From the IMG/VR virus record IMGVR_UViG_3300032893_000005, positions 32,001 to 96,000 of that record: DNA of 64,000 nucleotides; one strand, written 5' to 3'. The notes below the pieces were generated by a model, which was given only the letters and a program-made list of their open reading frames with translations, was not told where the DNA came from and ran no database searches. A program made the translations under genes and the position numbers. This document shows, one piece after another, positions 9,904 through 20,078 of the stretch. Source of the DNA: a virus. Every line of letters begins with the position of its first letter. Position 1 is the first letter of the stretch.

Positions 9904-10279
9904 GGCAAGATTCTACCAAGCCCTGATGCAGAACCTCCACAACGCCGTGAGCGGCAGGAGAGTCGCGCTGGAAGGATTAGAGCAAGAGAGTGCAATGCTT
10001 GAGATCTACAGGTCTAAGCATGCTTCTCTGCTAGAGATAAAGCGAGCGGCTAGGCGAGAGTACCAGCTACTGAGCATCCAGGACCTTCGCCGCTTGAAGG
10101 CAGAGATGGACGGAGTACGCGGTGCCATCCGACAGTCCAGCGAGATAGTCTCTAGGCTGGAGACTCTGGTTAAGGACCACGACATCGAGATCAGACACCT
10201 GGGAGAACGTATCGACTACTTCGTGATCAAGACGCGACGCGGCGTAGTCCTAGACTTCAAAGGTAGGACGAGTGGATAA
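9890..10279 (+). CDS. hypothetical coiled-coil protein
   Basis: Collinear ORF. Confidence 0.6.
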   Translation: MTEDEARFYQALMQNLHNAVSGRRVALEGLEQESAMLEIYRSKHASLLEIKRAARREYQLLSIQDLRRLKAEMDGVRGAIRQSSEIVSRLETLVKDHDIEIRHLGERIDYFVIKTRRGVVLDFKGRTSG

Positions 10280-10496
10280 AGACGAACTAAGGAAAAAAGT
10301 CGAGTCTGAGACTGACTTCATCAACTCCAAGAAGTATAACAATAGTTTCAGCGAGTTCGTCGAAAACAACTCGAGTAACCGCAACAACGACAAGCTCATA
10401 TGCACGCTGCTAGTCCTGGAGCCCGACGAACTCGTCAAGCTCTGGAAGGGCATCATAGAGAAGGGTAGACGGTACTTTCGTTTTAAGGTAGATTAG
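10272..10496 (+). CDS. hypothetical protein
   Basis: Collinear ORF directly before dnaE. Confidence 0.6.
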   Translation: MDKDELRKKVESETDFINSKKYNNSFSEFVENNSSNRNNDKLICTLLVLEPDELVKLWKGIIEKGRRYFRFKVD

Positions 10497-10501
10497 AGGG
10501 G

Positions 10502-13500
10502 ATGTCATACTTTAAGCAACTCATAAATCCACACAGTCACACGCACTATTCATTGGATGGCGCTGCGACAGTTGAGGACGTAGTCAAGCGAACCAAAGAG
10601 CTTGGTGCTACTCACGTCGCCGTGACGGAGCATGGAAACATGAACTCCGCGCTCGAGCTGTTCGAGAAGGCGGGTAAGTCAGGCCTTAAGCCCATCTGTG
10701 GGATCGAACTCTACGTTCAGTCGCCGTTCTTGGAAGAGCTTCGCAAGATCGTTACGTTTGAAGTTCAGCAGTCAGGAAAGATAAAGGATGCCGAAGACCT
10801 CGAGAAGAAGGTCGAGAAGGCTATGAAGAACGAGTACGTTCACCTCACCGTCCATTTCAAGGACGAGTGGGCCTACCAGTACTTCTGCAAGCTTACTCCT
10901 GCGATGGAAGAGCGAGCCGTGGTCAAGTGGGGAGAGCGCAAGCCGATCGCTACCCTCGAAGAGATCCGAGGAGCTGCCGGTCACATAACTATCTGCTCGT
11001 CATGCCTGATCGGGATGACTCAGAAGTTCATCCTCCCTCGCAAGAAGTCTGGCATCGCCACTCCAGAGCTGGCCGAGAAGGCTTACAGGATCATACGCGA
11101 GATAGCAGGGAAGGATGACTTCTACGTAGAGATCTTTCCTCACGAGATTACCCACGAGTGGTCTCGTCCCGACAAGGACAAGCCTGGTACCGGCAAGTTC
11201 GTTCCGCACGAGTGCACGCAGTACGCACCAGACGGCGACATCCAGAAGCCAGCCAACGAGTTCATGATCCACCTAGCCAACAAGTACAACGACCCGATCA
11301 TAGTATCACTGGACTCTCACTTCGCTTACCCAGAACAGAAGATCGTTCAAGATGCCCGGCTCGGTAACGGTGACGAGAACTGGAAGTTCTACAACTCGTA
11401 CCACATCCTTACGTCTCAAGAGGCATTCCAGTCACTCAACAAGACGCTGAAGGTCGACAAGAAGACATTCGAGGGATGGATCGATAACTCGTACAAGTTC
11501 GGCAGCCGGTTCGACAACTTCAAGCTGGTGACCTCGAAGCAGCGCTGGGTTCTCCAGCCGCTCCCTCCAAACTGGCAAGAACTTCTCCTCAAGTACATCG
11601 AAGCCTTCGGTCGAATGGACTGGAATAACCAAGCCATGCTCGAGCGTCTCAAGTACGAGATCGACGTTCTGGCAAACAACGGCAAGCTCAACCTAATGTC
11701 ATACTTCTTCACCGTGATGGACATAGCAGAGTTCTGCCGTAACAACGACGTCCTTATGAACGTGAGGGGATCTGCTGGCGGCGTACTCCTGCTCTACCTC
11801 GTAGGCGTGAGCGCCGTAAATCCTCTGAAGCATAACCTGTCGTTCGAGCGCTTCCTGACTACTGGCCGCATCAAGGCAAACACCCTGCCAGACGTGGACA
11901 TGGACATCTCCGACCAAGACAAGGTATTCGAGTATCTGACGAACAAGTACGGAGACGCCTTCTGCAGGATCTCAGTAGATTCACAGCTCAAGCTCAAGTC
12001 ATCGATCCAAGACGCTGAGCGCGTTAAGTTTGGCAAAGTTCGACCTGAAACTATGAAGCTGTGCAAGTCAATCAAGGCAGCTCCGACCGGCATGGACGAC
12101 TACTTATACGTCTTTGGCGGCGTCGACCAGCAGGGAAACCCGGTCATAGGCTTACTCGAGACCCATAAAGGCCTCAAAGATTACGCAGAGAACAATCCTG
12201 AAGTCTGGAAGCAAGTAGTGGAGATGTTGGGCATCATTCGACAGAAGAGCCAGCACGCTTGTGGCGTGGTTATCGCTGACAGGCCAGTCCAGGACTACGT
12301 TCCTGTGACCAAGGTTGGCGGAGTCCGAGTAACCGGCTTCTCCCCGAAGCAGCTCGAGGCTGCAGGCCTTGTGAAGCTGGACCTACTAGGCCTAAACACC
12401 CTTCGAGACATGAACTTATGCCTGAAGCTGATCAAGGAGCGCCACGGCGTTACCCTGGACTGGAGCAATCTGCCGTACGACGAGGAGTGCTTCAGGTGGT
12501 TCGCTGAAGGAAAGGTCGCTGGCGTATTCCAGTTCGACTCCTTCACGGCAATCCCCCTCCTCAAGGGAATAAAGCCGAGGGACATAGACGGGCTCTCTGC
12601 TACCACGGCTCTTGGCCGACCAGGTACGACCGACGCTCCTGAGAGCGCAACTTCCAGCCGTACCTTAGCCGACGTGTTCGTTGCTCGAGCGCAGGGCGAG
12701 AAGATTCGGTACGTCAACGATGACCTTGAGCCAATCTTGAAAGAAACATATGGCATCGCACTCTACCAAGAGCAGACGATCCAGATCTTCCGTGACCTGG
12801 CGAACTACACCGCAGAAGACGGTGAAGGTGTTCGTCGCGGTATCGGTAAGAAGGATGCTGACCTACTCGCCAAGTATACCAAGGACCTCAAGGACAAGGT
12901 TCTGGCGCGTGGCTGGACCGAGGAGCAGGTTCAACTTCTCATGGACCAGATCATGGCGAGTTCCCGGTACTCGTTCAACAAGTCTCACTCGACCAGCTAC
13001 GCTTACGTCGCATACGCTGGCATGTACCTGAAGATTCACTACCCTCTTGAGTTCTGGACATCGATCTTGACCTTTGCTTCTAAGAAAGACCTCAAAGACT
13101 ACTGGACGCACGTAGAAGACTTCGTGAAGTATCCTGACGTCAACAGGTCGAAGGAGACTTTCCAGATCGCCAAGAGGGAAGACGGCACTGAGTACATCCA
13201 GTCTCCGATCAACTTGATCGATGGAGTTGGACCGGCCACAGCCAAGGAGATCATCAACAAGGCACCATACGCCTCGCTCGAAGACTTCGTTAAGCGCATC
13301 AATCGACGCATCGTTAACAAGAAGATCGTAACTCGACTGGTGTTCTCTGGAACTATGGACTGCCTGATGCCAGCAGGCCTTAACGACGCTGAGAAGCTCG
13401 ACCTCTACCTTCAGACGAAGGCCCTGGTGGACAACGAGAAGAAGGAAGCTGTCCCAGCCCAGTACCTCTCGTTCACTCCGCTCATGAACTTCCTATTCAA

Positions 13501-13951
13501 GAAGGCCATCTTCAAGGTCTTCAAGGAAGACGTAACACCGCTTACGCTACCGATCTTGGCAGACCGTAGGCTCATCGCGCAGCGCGGCAACTACCTGGTA
13601 TACAAGGACCCAAACAGTAAGAAGCTTGATAACGCACCGCTCATAACGCCTAGCGACTACGAAGTATATGCAGAGGACGAAGACCTCACTGCTACCGTTG
13701 CAATGGTCGCGTACGTGACTGAGTGCGAGGAGAAGTCGTTCGCTGAAGGTTCAAAGACCATGATGAAGCTTACCCTTGAAGCCGGAGACTCGACCATCGA
13801 AACGGTAAAGTTCCCATCATGGGGAGAGACTGAACATGGGGTTGACAAAGACATAGATGGAAGCGTAGCATTGATTGTGATGACGAAGAAGTTCCAGAAG
13901 AACTTCGTAATCGATAAGATCATGAAGCTCGAGAAGATCGAAAACTTCTAA
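10502..13951 (+). CDS. dnaE: DNA polymerase III alpha subunit (family C)
   Basis: PHP domain HSHTHYSLDG; RGSAGG, FERFL, PDVDMD, HACGVVI, KLDLLGL and FNKSHS. Confidence 0.97.
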   Translation: MSYFKQLINPHSHTHYSLDGAATVEDVVKRTKELGATHVAVTEHGNMNSALELFEKAGKSGLKPICGIELYVQSPFLEELRKIVTFEVQQSGKIKDAEDLEKKVEKAMKNEYVHLTVHFKDEWAYQYFCKLTPAMEERAVVKWGERKPIATLEEIRGAAGHITICSSCLIGMTQKFILPRKKSGIATPELAEKAYRIIREIAGKDDFYVEIFPHEITHEWSRPDKDKPGTGKFVPHECTQYAPDGDIQKPANEFMIHLANKYNDPIIVSLDSHFAYPEQKIVQDARLGNGDENWKFYNSYHILTSQEAFQSLNKTLKVDKKTFEGWIDNSYKFGSRFDNFKLVTSKQRWVLQPLPPNWQELLLKYIEAFGRMDWNNQAMLERLKYEIDVLANNGKLNLMSYFFTVMDIAEFCRNNDVLMNVRGSAGGVLLLYLVGVSAVNPLKHNLSFERFLTTGRIKANTLPDVDMDISDQDKVFEYLTNKYGDAFCRISVDSQLKLKSSIQDAERVKFGKVRPETMKLCKSIKAAPTGMDDYLYVFGGVDQQGNPVIGLLETHKGLKDYAENNPEVWKQVVEMLGIIRQKSQHACGVVIADRPVQDYVPVTKVGGVRVTGFSPKQLEAAGLVKLDLLGLNTLRDMNLCLKLIKERHGVTLDWSNLPYDEECFRWFAEGKVAGVFQFDSFTAIPLLKGIKPRDIDGLSATTALGRPGTTDAPESATSSRTLADVFVARAQGEKIRYVNDDLEPILKETYGIALYQEQTIQIFRDLANYTAEDGEGVRRGIGKKDADLLAKYTKDLKDKVLARGWTEEQVQLLMDQIMASSRYSFNKSHSTSYAYVAYAGMYLKIHYPLEFWTSILTFASKKDLKDYWTHVEDFVKYPDVNRSKETFQIAKREDGTEYIQSPINLIDGVGPATAKEIINKAPYASLEDFVKRINRRIVNKKIVTRLVFSGTMDCLMPAGLNDAEKLDLYLQTKALVDNEKKEAVPAQYLSFTPLMNFLFKKAIFKVFKEDVTPLTLPILADRRLIAQRGNYLVYKDPNSKKLDNAPLITPSDYEVYAEDEDLTATVAMVAYVTECEEKSFAEGSKTMMKLTLEAGDSTIETVKFPSWGETEHGVDKDIDGSVALIVMTKKFQKNFVIDKIMKLEKIENF

Positions 13952-13960
13952 GGAGAAAAG

Positions 13961-14740
13961 ATGCCAGAACAAACTACCAAGACTCTTCGCGAAGAGTACT
14001 TGAAGGCCAAGCAACTCTCGAAGATGAACATCCAGGACGGAAGTCCAGAGACGAAGTTCCAGCGCGAAGGCGCAAAGAACAGAGCCGTGAGCACTCTTCC
14101 CAACATAGAGAGAGACCTGCTTGCGCGGATCACCCGCGACTCCGTAACCGTAGTGGTTACCGAAGACGCAGACGCCTTAGCCTTGGCTAGCCAGCTCGCG
14201 ACTGAGAACGACAACGTCGTGTGCTTGGGCTACAAGGACATCGATCGTCTGATTGCTCAGACCCTTTACCCGAAGGACCTCGCCGCCGGTTACCCGATCA
14301 ACGCTGAGTTCGTCTCGCGGCTGAACTCCCTCCTGGCCGGAGACGTATCTTACCAGATCGGAGCTGACTACATGCCAGCGGTGAAGCCAGCAGCTACCCT
14401 CTACGGAGTTGCCAAGACTCGTGAGGAACTTACCAAGAAGATCACGATCATGCTCCGTGGGGCCTATGGTACCGAGCTGAACCGGATCTACCTCACGAAG
14501 CGCCTCAACGAAGAGATCTTTAAGCGAATCGACAACGACAAGATCATCGCGATCTTGGTCGAAGTTCCTCTCGAGTTAGTCAAGGAGATCGGTAAAGCTA
14601 CCGGTCGCTCGGTGGTTCTCACCACCTCCAACTACCCCGGCGCCATCCAGTATGACCCGGCTATGACAGCGACACAACTGCGCTCGGCTATTGCCAAGGC
14701 CGTGACCGCAGCAAACAAAGGCACGAAAACCAAAAACTAA
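13961..14740 (+). CDS. hypothetical replication-cluster protein
   Basis: AAGGAG RBS; lies between dnaE and the SSB gene. Confidence 0.7.
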   Translation: MPEQTTKTLREEYLKAKQLSKMNIQDGSPETKFQREGAKNRAVSTLPNIERDLLARITRDSVTVVVTEDADALALASQLATENDNVVCLGYKDIDRLIAQTLYPKDLAAGYPINAEFVSRLNSLLAGDVSYQIGADYMPAVKPAATLYGVAKTREELTKKITIMLRGAYGTELNRIYLTKRLNEEIFKRIDNDKIIAILVEVPLELVKEIGKATGRSVVLTTSNYPGAIQYDPAMTATQLRSAIAKAVTAANKGTKTKN

Positions 14741-14751
14741 GGAGAAAACAT

Positions 14752-15876
14752 ATGTCAGTTGGCTCATACGATCCCAACAAACCCCGCCAAGGCGGATACG
14801 GTCCCAAGAAAGTTCGCCTGGGGTTCAACCGTCAAACGAACCTGATCGTCGCTCGTCCCCTACCCCCGTTCGGGTCTCTCAAGGACAGCAACTCGATCAT
14901 GTTCTTCTGGTCAGTGATCTGGCTGGAAGGTTCCGGCGGCAAGAAGTTCCCGACCGCTTCCATCCAACGGAAGAAGAACAAGCAGATCGTTCAGGCCGAT
15001 CCTATCCTCGAGAAGGCCGCAGCGATGAAGACTATGATCGAGAACGCCCAGAAAGCGGGCGAGAATCCTCAGGTCATCGCTCAGATGCTCGAGAAGGTGA
15101 ACTCCCTGGCGCCTGACAACAAGTGCTACTTAAACGTGCTGACCCCCGACGGTCAGATCGCGATCCTGAAGATCCCATGGACTGCATGGACTCAGTTAGA
15201 AGAGAAGCTGAAGAAGCTCTCCTCCCAAGGTCTGGACGCAGTAGGAACCGGCCCCAACAGCGGACTCTTCTTCGAGTTCAAGCGCTGGAAGGACGACAAG
15301 GGAAAGACTCAGTTCTCCGTGGAGCCCGTTACCGAGCTGAAGCGTGATCCCGTCACCGGCATCATCAACCCGAGCTACAAGTTCGCGCCCCTGGACGAGA
15401 TCGTCCTGAAGCGCATCGAAGCCGAGGCTTCTGACCTCACGAAGCTCTACGAGACCCGCTCTGTAGAAGAGCAGGCCCAGCTCGCTACCCTGGACCCGGC
15501 TGTGATCAGCCGCGTGATGATGAAGTCGCGACAGGCACAGGACGACGGTGACAACGATGAGCCGGATGATACTCCGACTCAGACCCTCACCGGATACCAG
15601 ATGCCGACTACGCCCGCTGCACCTACTACACCGGCTGCTCCTGTTGGAGCCCTAGGTGCTCTGGGGGTTCAGTCGCAGATGCCCAGTACGCCAGTCCAGC
15701 CCGTTGCACCTCCTCCTCCCGCTCCGGCAGCTCCGGCAGCTCCAGCAGCCGCAGCTCCTGCTCAGACACCGACTGCTCCCACGGCACCAGCGTTCCCGGC
15801 AGCGCCAGGCATCCCTGACGACGTGAGGAAGTTCCTGTTCAATAACCAAGCCGCTCAGTCAGGAGCTAAAACCTAA
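14752..15876 (+). CDS. probable single-stranded DNA-binding protein (gp32-like) with Pro/Ala-rich tail
   Basis: RPLPPFG and CYLNV..ILKIP patterns; disordered acidic/Pro-rich C-terminus; synteny with UvsY/RecA. Confidence 0.65.
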   Translation: MSVGSYDPNKPRQGGYGPKKVRLGFNRQTNLIVARPLPPFGSLKDSNSIMFFWSVIWLEGSGGKKFPTASIQRKKNKQIVQADPILEKAAAMKTMIENAQKAGENPQVIAQMLEKVNSLAPDNKCYLNVLTPDGQIAILKIPWTAWTQLEEKLKKLSSQGLDAVGTGPNSGLFFEFKRWKDDKGKTQFSVEPVTELKRDPVTGIINPSYKFAPLDEIVLKRIEAEASDLTKLYETRSVEEQAQLATLDPAVISRVMMKSRQAQDDGDNDEPDDTPTQTLTGYQMPTTPAAPTTPAAPVGALGALGVQSQMPSTPVQPVAPPPPAPAAPAAPAAAAPAQTPTAPTAPAFPAAPGIPDDVRKFLFNNQAAQSGAKT

Positions 15877-16382
15877 TGAGCGAACCAGTTGGAGTCCAGA
15901 ACTACTTGGAGTTGATTACCGGAGACGGTAAGAGCACCTTCAAGCTGGACTTCACTAAACTCAACCAAGTGGAGAGTCGAATCGAAGAGGTTCGGCTCGC
16001 CAATCCCCTCACCCTTCCAGACCTCATCGTTGACTTTACAGTAGCGATGAGTAAGGCCGCCGACTTGATCGGTCAAGTTGAGGTCGAGCTTAGGACAGCT
16101 CAGAGAGAGCTTGACATAACCGAGTCTATCGCCCTACTCGAGAGAGTCGAGATGGTGCTCAAGGATAAGAAGGTTAAGTCTAGCGCAGACACACGCAAGG
16201 CCGCAGTAGCCTTGGACAAAGAAGTTATGGCTGCCAGGGAGCGCGTCGACGTGTTGACTGCCGTGTCGAAGCTCCTGTCTAACAAGAGACTGGCGGTCGA
16301 GATGGCCTACTACAGCGCCAAGAAGGTGTGCGAGTACAACGCACTGCCCCTCTCAACACGAAACCTAGCAGGTGGAAGATAA
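15876..16382 (+). CDS. UvsY-like recombination mediator (helical)
   Basis: Helical protein with KSSADTRKAAVALD pattern, between SSB and RecA. Confidence 0.5.
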   Translation: MSEPVGVQNYLELITGDGKSTFKLDFTKLNQVESRIEEVRLANPLTLPDLIVDFTVAMSKAADLIGQVEVELRTAQRELDITESIALLERVEMVLKDKKVKSSADTRKAAVALDKEVMAARERVDVLTAVSKLLSNKRLAVEMAYYSAKKVCEYNALPLSTRNLAGGR

Positions 16383-17398
16383 TGGATTTCTTATCGAAGC
16401 TTAAGAAAGATGCAGCAAAGCTCGTAACTGGAGCCCGTGAGAGTTGGATTGCCAGGACTGCAAGCGGCGCCTTGAATTACCTGTACGGTAAGCTCATGGG
16501 CATGAAGTCTGGCTACACGCAGCTCCTGTACGGACCTCCGAAGTCTGGTAAGTCACTGATCGCGTTTGCCTACGCCGGTCAGCTTCATAAGGATGATCCA
16601 GAAGCGATCGTCCTTCACTTCGACACTGAGTTCCGTGACAACGTGGACACTTGGGTTGAAGCGTTCGGTATCGACAAGAACCGGTTCATATCGCGTCAGA
16701 CGAACAACCCGGTCGAGATCTTCGATTACATAGCGAACGAAGTTAAGGCCATGCTACAAGACGGTGCTCCGATCAAGATGATCATCATCGACTCGCTCGC
16801 CATGATCAACTACCCGAAGGAAGCCAACCGCGAGAAGACTACAGACTTCGTCATGGGCGATGCTGCCGCATACTTAGGTCCAGCAATGAAGCTGATCTTG
16901 CCAGTCATCAGAACCTTCAAGATCGCCCTCATCCTGTGCCAACACGTACGCGATAACATGGACCCCAACACGGCTAAGTATCGTCCGTACGTCATCCCTG
17001 GCGGCAAAGCACTCAAGCACTCTGTCGAGTACTGGGTTCTCTGCGAGAAGGTGAACTCTAAGGACTCGAAGACGTTCGACAGCGACAAGAAGGATGGAGC
17101 CGGTAATCCGATCCAGACAGGACATACGATCCGCGTAAGGATGGAAGAGAACTCGCTTGGACCTCAGAACAGGGCCGTAGAGATTGACCTGTCCTACACG
17201 CGTGGTATCATCAACCACGGCAAGGCCATCGCCGAGATAGCCATCAACATGGGCATCGTAGAGAGGCCGAACAACGTGCAGTACGTCTACGAAGGAAAGA
17301 AGTGGCAGGGCGCTGCGAACTTCGAGGAAGCTGTCGAGCAAGACACCGACCTCCAGCACAAGCTGGTCAACGCCATCAGAGACAACGACTTAACTTAA
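16382..17398 (+). CDS. recA: RecA/UvsX recombinase
   Basis: Walker A GPPKSGKS; FDTE, IIIDSLA and PGGKALKH. Start adjusted to the ATG at 16382. Confidence 0.93.
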   Translation: MDFLSKLKKDAAKLVTGARESWIARTASGALNYLYGKLMGMKSGYTQLLYGPPKSGKSLIAFAYAGQLHKDDPEAIVLHFDTEFRDNVDTWVEAFGIDKNRFISRQTNNPVEIFDYIANEVKAMLQDGAPIKMIIIDSLAMINYPKEANREKTTDFVMGDAAAYLGPAMKLILPVIRTFKIALILCQHVRDNMDPNTAKYRPYVIPGGKALKHSVEYWVLCEKVNSKDSKTFDSDKKDGAGNPIQTGHTIRVRMEENSLGPQNRAVEIDLSYTRGIINHGKAIAEIAINMGIVERPNNVQYVYEGKKWQGAANFEEAVEQDTDLQHKLVNAIRDNDLT

Positions 17399-17403
17399 AC
17401 TTA

Positions 17404-17469
17404 GGAGCCTTCGCGCTCCGCCTGGGCAGCTTGCGAACCCCCTCCATCGCGGCTGCCCAGTTCTTTCTT
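17404..17469 (+). terminator. two tandem hairpins followed by a U-rich tract (intrinsic terminator or structured RNA)
   Basis: ggagc-cttcgc-gctcc, then ctgggcagc...gctgcccag followed by ttctttctt. Confidence 0.55.
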
Positions 17470-17478
17470 ACGGTGACT

Positions 17479-18450
17479 ATGGAAGTTTCTGAGAAGATAG
17501 AGAAGTTCTTCAATAAGTACGGCATAGAAGCCAGGTACGAGACTTCCAGAAGCTACGTGTTTGACTGCCCTGCCTGCGGAGGCTCTGAGAAGTTATACGT
17601 CGAGAAGGCTACTGGCAAGACGATTTGCTTCAAGGGCGAAGATCACTCCTGTCCGAAGCCGTCCGATAAACTAGAGTTCTGCATGTCGATCGTGTCCGGG
17701 CTAGACCTGGACATGGTTAAGACTGAGTTTGAGCAGGGGCTCCTTCAGGTAGGCGACACGCTCGACATATCGTTTGACGATAAGCCGAAGGTCGCGGACG
17801 TAAAGACCATAGAACCGATCAGCCCCGGCGACCTCCCTCAAGACATCGCACCTATCTCTGCCGACATCTCAGCGCCTGGAAGGGCGTACTTGGAAGGTCG
17901 CGGGATAACCTTTGACATGATGAAGAAGTACGGGATCATGTACGCCTTCGGAGCCCGCCGAGTTATCTTCCCGGTCATCATGGACAACAAGATATACGGG
18001 TATCAGGGCCGAGCGATCGACCCGGTCGACAAGAAGGACCGGATGAGGAACCTTCCTGGTGAATGGAAGTCAAAGACTCTCATGTTTCGCGATAACTTGG
18101 TCGGGTCAGAGCACATCATCATCGCAGAAGGCCCTATCTCGGCACTGAAGTTCGAGCAGGTCGGAGGCTTCGTAGCCACGATGGGCAAGCTCGTAAGCCT
18201 AGATCAGATGCAGATGATCAAGAACTCTGGCGTGAAGAAGGTCTACATGGCCCTTGACCGTGACGCAGCGGACAACACTAAGAAGCTTCGCGACTACTTT
18301 CTCATAGAGAACAACATGCCCTGCTACTTGATCGAGGTCCCCGACCATCGGGATGACTTCGGTGACTGCACCTTCGAGGAGTGCGCTGCGGCATTTAAGG
18401 ACGCAAGGCTCGTTGCCAGAGATGAGCTTTTCCTGTACATTGAGGACTGA
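17479..18450 (+). CDS. DNA primase (zinc finger plus TOPRIM)
   Basis: CPACGG zinc finger; YQGRAI, AEGPIS and LDRDA. Start adjusted to the ATG at 17479. Confidence 0.9.
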   Translation: MEVSEKIEKFFNKYGIEARYETSRSYVFDCPACGGSEKLYVEKATGKTICFKGEDHSCPKPSDKLEFCMSIVSGLDLDMVKTEFEQGLLQVGDTLDISFDDKPKVADVKTIEPISPGDLPQDIAPISADISAPGRAYLEGRGITFDMMKKYGIMYAFGARRVIFPVIMDNKIYGYQGRAIDPVDKKDRMRNLPGEWKSKTLMFRDNLVGSEHIIIAEGPISALKFEQVGGFVATMGKLVSLDQMQMIKNSGVKKVYMALDRDAADNTKKLRDYFLIENNMPCYLIEVPDHRDDFGDCTFEECAAAFKDARLVARDELFLYIED

Positions 18451-20078
18451 TGAGCGATAAGAAAACCGACTACACATTTGAGTTTACTCCGGCTTACCAA
18501 GAAGCAATCGTCGGCTACTGCCTTACTGACGCCAAGTTCTTTCACCGCTGCATGAACAAGATCAAGGCTGAGTGGTTTACCTGCAGCCCTACCACGATCT
18601 CAATCTACACTCAGATGGTCGCATTCTACACTCGGCACGGATACGCTCCGAAGTGCATGGAAGTCGGAGGGATCGCCCTCCCTGAGGAGATGCTGAACGA
18701 GACGTGGTTCCTGCAGCAGTCGACCCAAGACCGCGAGAAGATCAAGACCGAGATCGTAAAGTGCATCGCTTCTCGGCAAGCAGTAAACTTCGAGACTCTG
18801 CAGAAGCAGATGACTGGCTGGCTTCGCAAGAAGATGCTGATGGAAACTCTCAGCATCGGTGCTAGCAAGCTCAACAAGAACGGGTACGACGACTCGTACG
18901 AGTGGACGTCCAAACGAGTGAAGGACATCATCGATGCATCCTTCTTCGATGAGTTTAAGACTGAGAGCTTCGAGGGCCTCCTCGAGTTCTTCCAGAAGAC
19001 TGACCCGAACAGTAGGTCGATCTCGACCGGAAGTAAGATCCTAGACAAGAGTCTAGGCGGTGGTCTATTCAAGGGTGAGACTTGCGCAGTCATGGCACCG
19101 ACGAACATGGGTAAGAGTAAGGCCCTCCTAACGATGGCAAGGCACGCTGCCGTTCAGGGATACAAGACCTTGCTGATTAGCCACGAGGATAACGCGAGCA
19201 AGATCAAGGAGCGCCTGACGGCATCGTTCGTCGGCCTTCCTCCCAAGTTCATCAGGTTTGCGCTTGCGAAGGATCACGTCAACTTCGGCGTACCGGCTGA
19301 CAAGATGGAAGCAGTTCACAGGTACGTCGTCCATCAGATCCAGCTTGCAGAAGAACTCATAGGAAGAAACCTTGTCTACTTGCCGTACATCAAGACTGGC
19401 AAGATGTTCGTTGAAGACCTGATCGTAGAGATCCAGCGCCTTCAAGAGAACGAGATCATCAAGACCGGCAAGGGCTTTGACATGATCGTGGACGACTATC
19501 CGAAGAAGCTCCGCCTGAAGAGCCGAGCTGGTGGTAAGGAAAGCCTCTACCGAGCTGAGCTGGCTGATATCTACGACATCTTTAACCAGCTAGCGGTCGA
19601 ACTTGACGCACACTGTCTAGTAGCCATCCAGGTCAACCGGGTCGGTGCCCAGATGAACAAGGGTAAGGTTGAGAACGACCGCTTCCTCGGCAACGAGGAG
19701 ATAGACGAGTCCTACGGCATCGCTCAGAACATGGGGCAAATCATCACCCTTAACAGGTCTGACGACGACAAGGGTATGAACATCCTCCACTACAACATTC
19801 CTAAGTCCAGGAACGAGAGCAACGACATCTCCGTCACGACCAGATCCGACTACGGAGCTAACCTGCTCCACGGCGACTGGGAGATGTTCCAGAAGTACGG
19901 CTCCCTTATCCTCAACAAGCCTCTCGGGTCTAACGGCTACAGCAACAACCTGAAGAGACCAGCGATAGTTTCAGATAAGGACTTGAACGAAGCTGAGGCC
20001 AATGCTAAGATTGCAATTAACCACTACCTTCAAACGAATCAGGAGCTGGCATGTTACCTACAAACTCTTGGAAGATAA
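18450..20078 (+). CDS. DnaB-like replicative helicase
   Basis: Walker A APTNMGKS; SHED, IVDDY, QVNR and KSRN. Confidence 0.9.
   Translation: MSDKKTDYTFEFTPAYQEAIVGYCLTDAKFFHRCMNKIKAEWFTCSPTTISIYTQMVAFYTRHGYAPKCMEVGGIALPEEMLNETWFLQQSTQDREKIKTEIVKCIASRQAVNFETLQKQMTGWLRKKMLMETLSIGASKLNKNGYDDSYEWTSKRVKDIIDASFFDEFKTESFEGLLEFFQKTDPNSRSISTGSKILDKSLGGGLFKGETCAVMAPTNMGKSKALLTMARHAAVQGYKTLLISHEDNASKIKERLTASFVGLPPKFIRFALAKDHVNFGVPADKMEAVHRYVVHQIQLAEELIGRNLVYLPYIKTGKMFVEDLIVEIQRLQENEIIKTGKGFDMIVDDYPKKLRLKSRAGGKESLYRAELADIYDIFNQLAVELDAHCLVAIQVNRVGAQMNKGKVENDRFLGNEEIDESYGIAQNMGQIITLNRSDDDKGMNILHYNIPKSRNESNDISVTTRSDYGANLLHGDWEMFQKYGSLILNKPLGSNGYSNNLKRPAIVSDKDLNEAEANAKIAINHYLQTNQELACYLQTLGR
19983..20011 (+). 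promoter_or_regulatory. sigma70-like promoter
   Basis: TTGAAC-17 nt-TAAGAT with a TG extension, upstream of the ORF at 20051. Confidence 0.45.

Noticed and set aside
15600-15810. Repetitive GC-rich stretch
   Set aside because: It encodes the Pro/Ala low-complexity tail of the SSB-like protein.
17404-17469. tRNA gene
   Set aside because: No cloverleaf, T-loop (GTTC) or D-loop consensus; only two hairpins.
17302-17478. N-terminal extension of primase in the ORF track
   Set aside because: It overlaps recA and the hairpin region; the ATG at 17479 gives a normal Zn-finger start.
10502-20078. Inteins or group I introns in dnaE, recA, primase or helicase
   Set aside because: Lengths are normal, motifs are contiguous and no intein splice-junction pattern was seen.
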